Shown here one piece after another: positions 63,577 through 64,000 of a stretch of 64,000 bases of DNA. The notes below the pieces were generated by a model. That model had not been told where the DNA came from, did no database searches, and was given only the letters and a program-made list of their open reading frames with translations. This stretch comes from Eledone cirrhosa. Taxonomy: Eukaryota. The number at the start of each line of letters is the position of its first letter. Positions within the stretch are counted from its first letter, which is position 1. Position numbers and translations under genes: made by a program. Location: NCBI GenBank assembly GCA_964016885.1, contig OZ024740.1, forward strand, positions 39,990,001 through 40,054,000. The letters run 5' to 3'.

Positions 63577-63797
63577 CCCTTTAGCATTTAAACCAGCCAT
63601 ATCTGGTCAGAATTCTCTAACCTCTATCTAATCAAACCGGTCATAACCAGGAGCTTATACCAATGTTAAGGTATTGTTCTCAAAATAAATAATGTCATCA
63701 TCAAAATTTTGTATATTTGATATTATGTGAGATAATTATGTAAGATAATGCCTTAACCACAAAAATACAATAGTAAAGTAATGTAAATGCTAATGGG
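63577..63797 (+). mobile_element. piggyBac-like MITE (copy 3)
   Basis: TTAA|CCCTTTAGCATTTA ... TAAATGCTAATGGG|TTAA. Confidence 0.88.
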
Positions 63798-64000
63798 TTA
63801 AGAGGTTATATACATTCGTGGTTATGTATGTATCTATTTGTATATAGTAATTTTACATTTAGGCACAAGGCCAGCAATTTGAGGTGGGGCTAAGCCCCAG
63901 TATTTGATTAGTGCACTATTTTATTGAACCAAGAAAAATGAAAGACAAAGTTGACCTCTGTGAGACTTGAACACAGAATATAAAGAGTTGTAATTAAATA

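Overview
AT-rich metazoan genomic DNA. The SINE and RTE repeat families resemble those of coleoid cephalopods (Octopus-like); that is an inference. The whole window lies inside a + strand gene for the Pol II elongation factor/histone chaperone SPT6 (SUPT6H). Fifteen GT-AG coding exons (2,042 nt, about 680 codons) splice in frame from the acidic N-terminal region to just before the YqgF-like domain; the start codon and C-terminal half are outside the window. The intron between the first two visible exons is 41,983 bp, and about 39 kb of it is one 42-bp satellite array. The array has absorbed 5'-truncated RTE LINE 3' ends and co-amplified them into ~1.9-kb higher-order repeats. Read on the SPT6 sense strand, each monomer has the shape of a mini-intron (GTATG...CTTAT...TACAG), so the pre-mRNA carries hundreds of abutting AG|GT junctions. 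A second, unrelated intronic minisatellite shows the same CAG|GTAA design. The other introns contain three PHD-finger-bearing RTE LINE families, tRNA-derived SINEs sharing their 3' modules, a Helitron remnant, an internally deleted mariner with ~100-bp TIRs, piggyBac-like and Tc2-like MITEs and a CRE-type retroelement relic. The long repetitive minus-strand ORFs are satellite artefacts.
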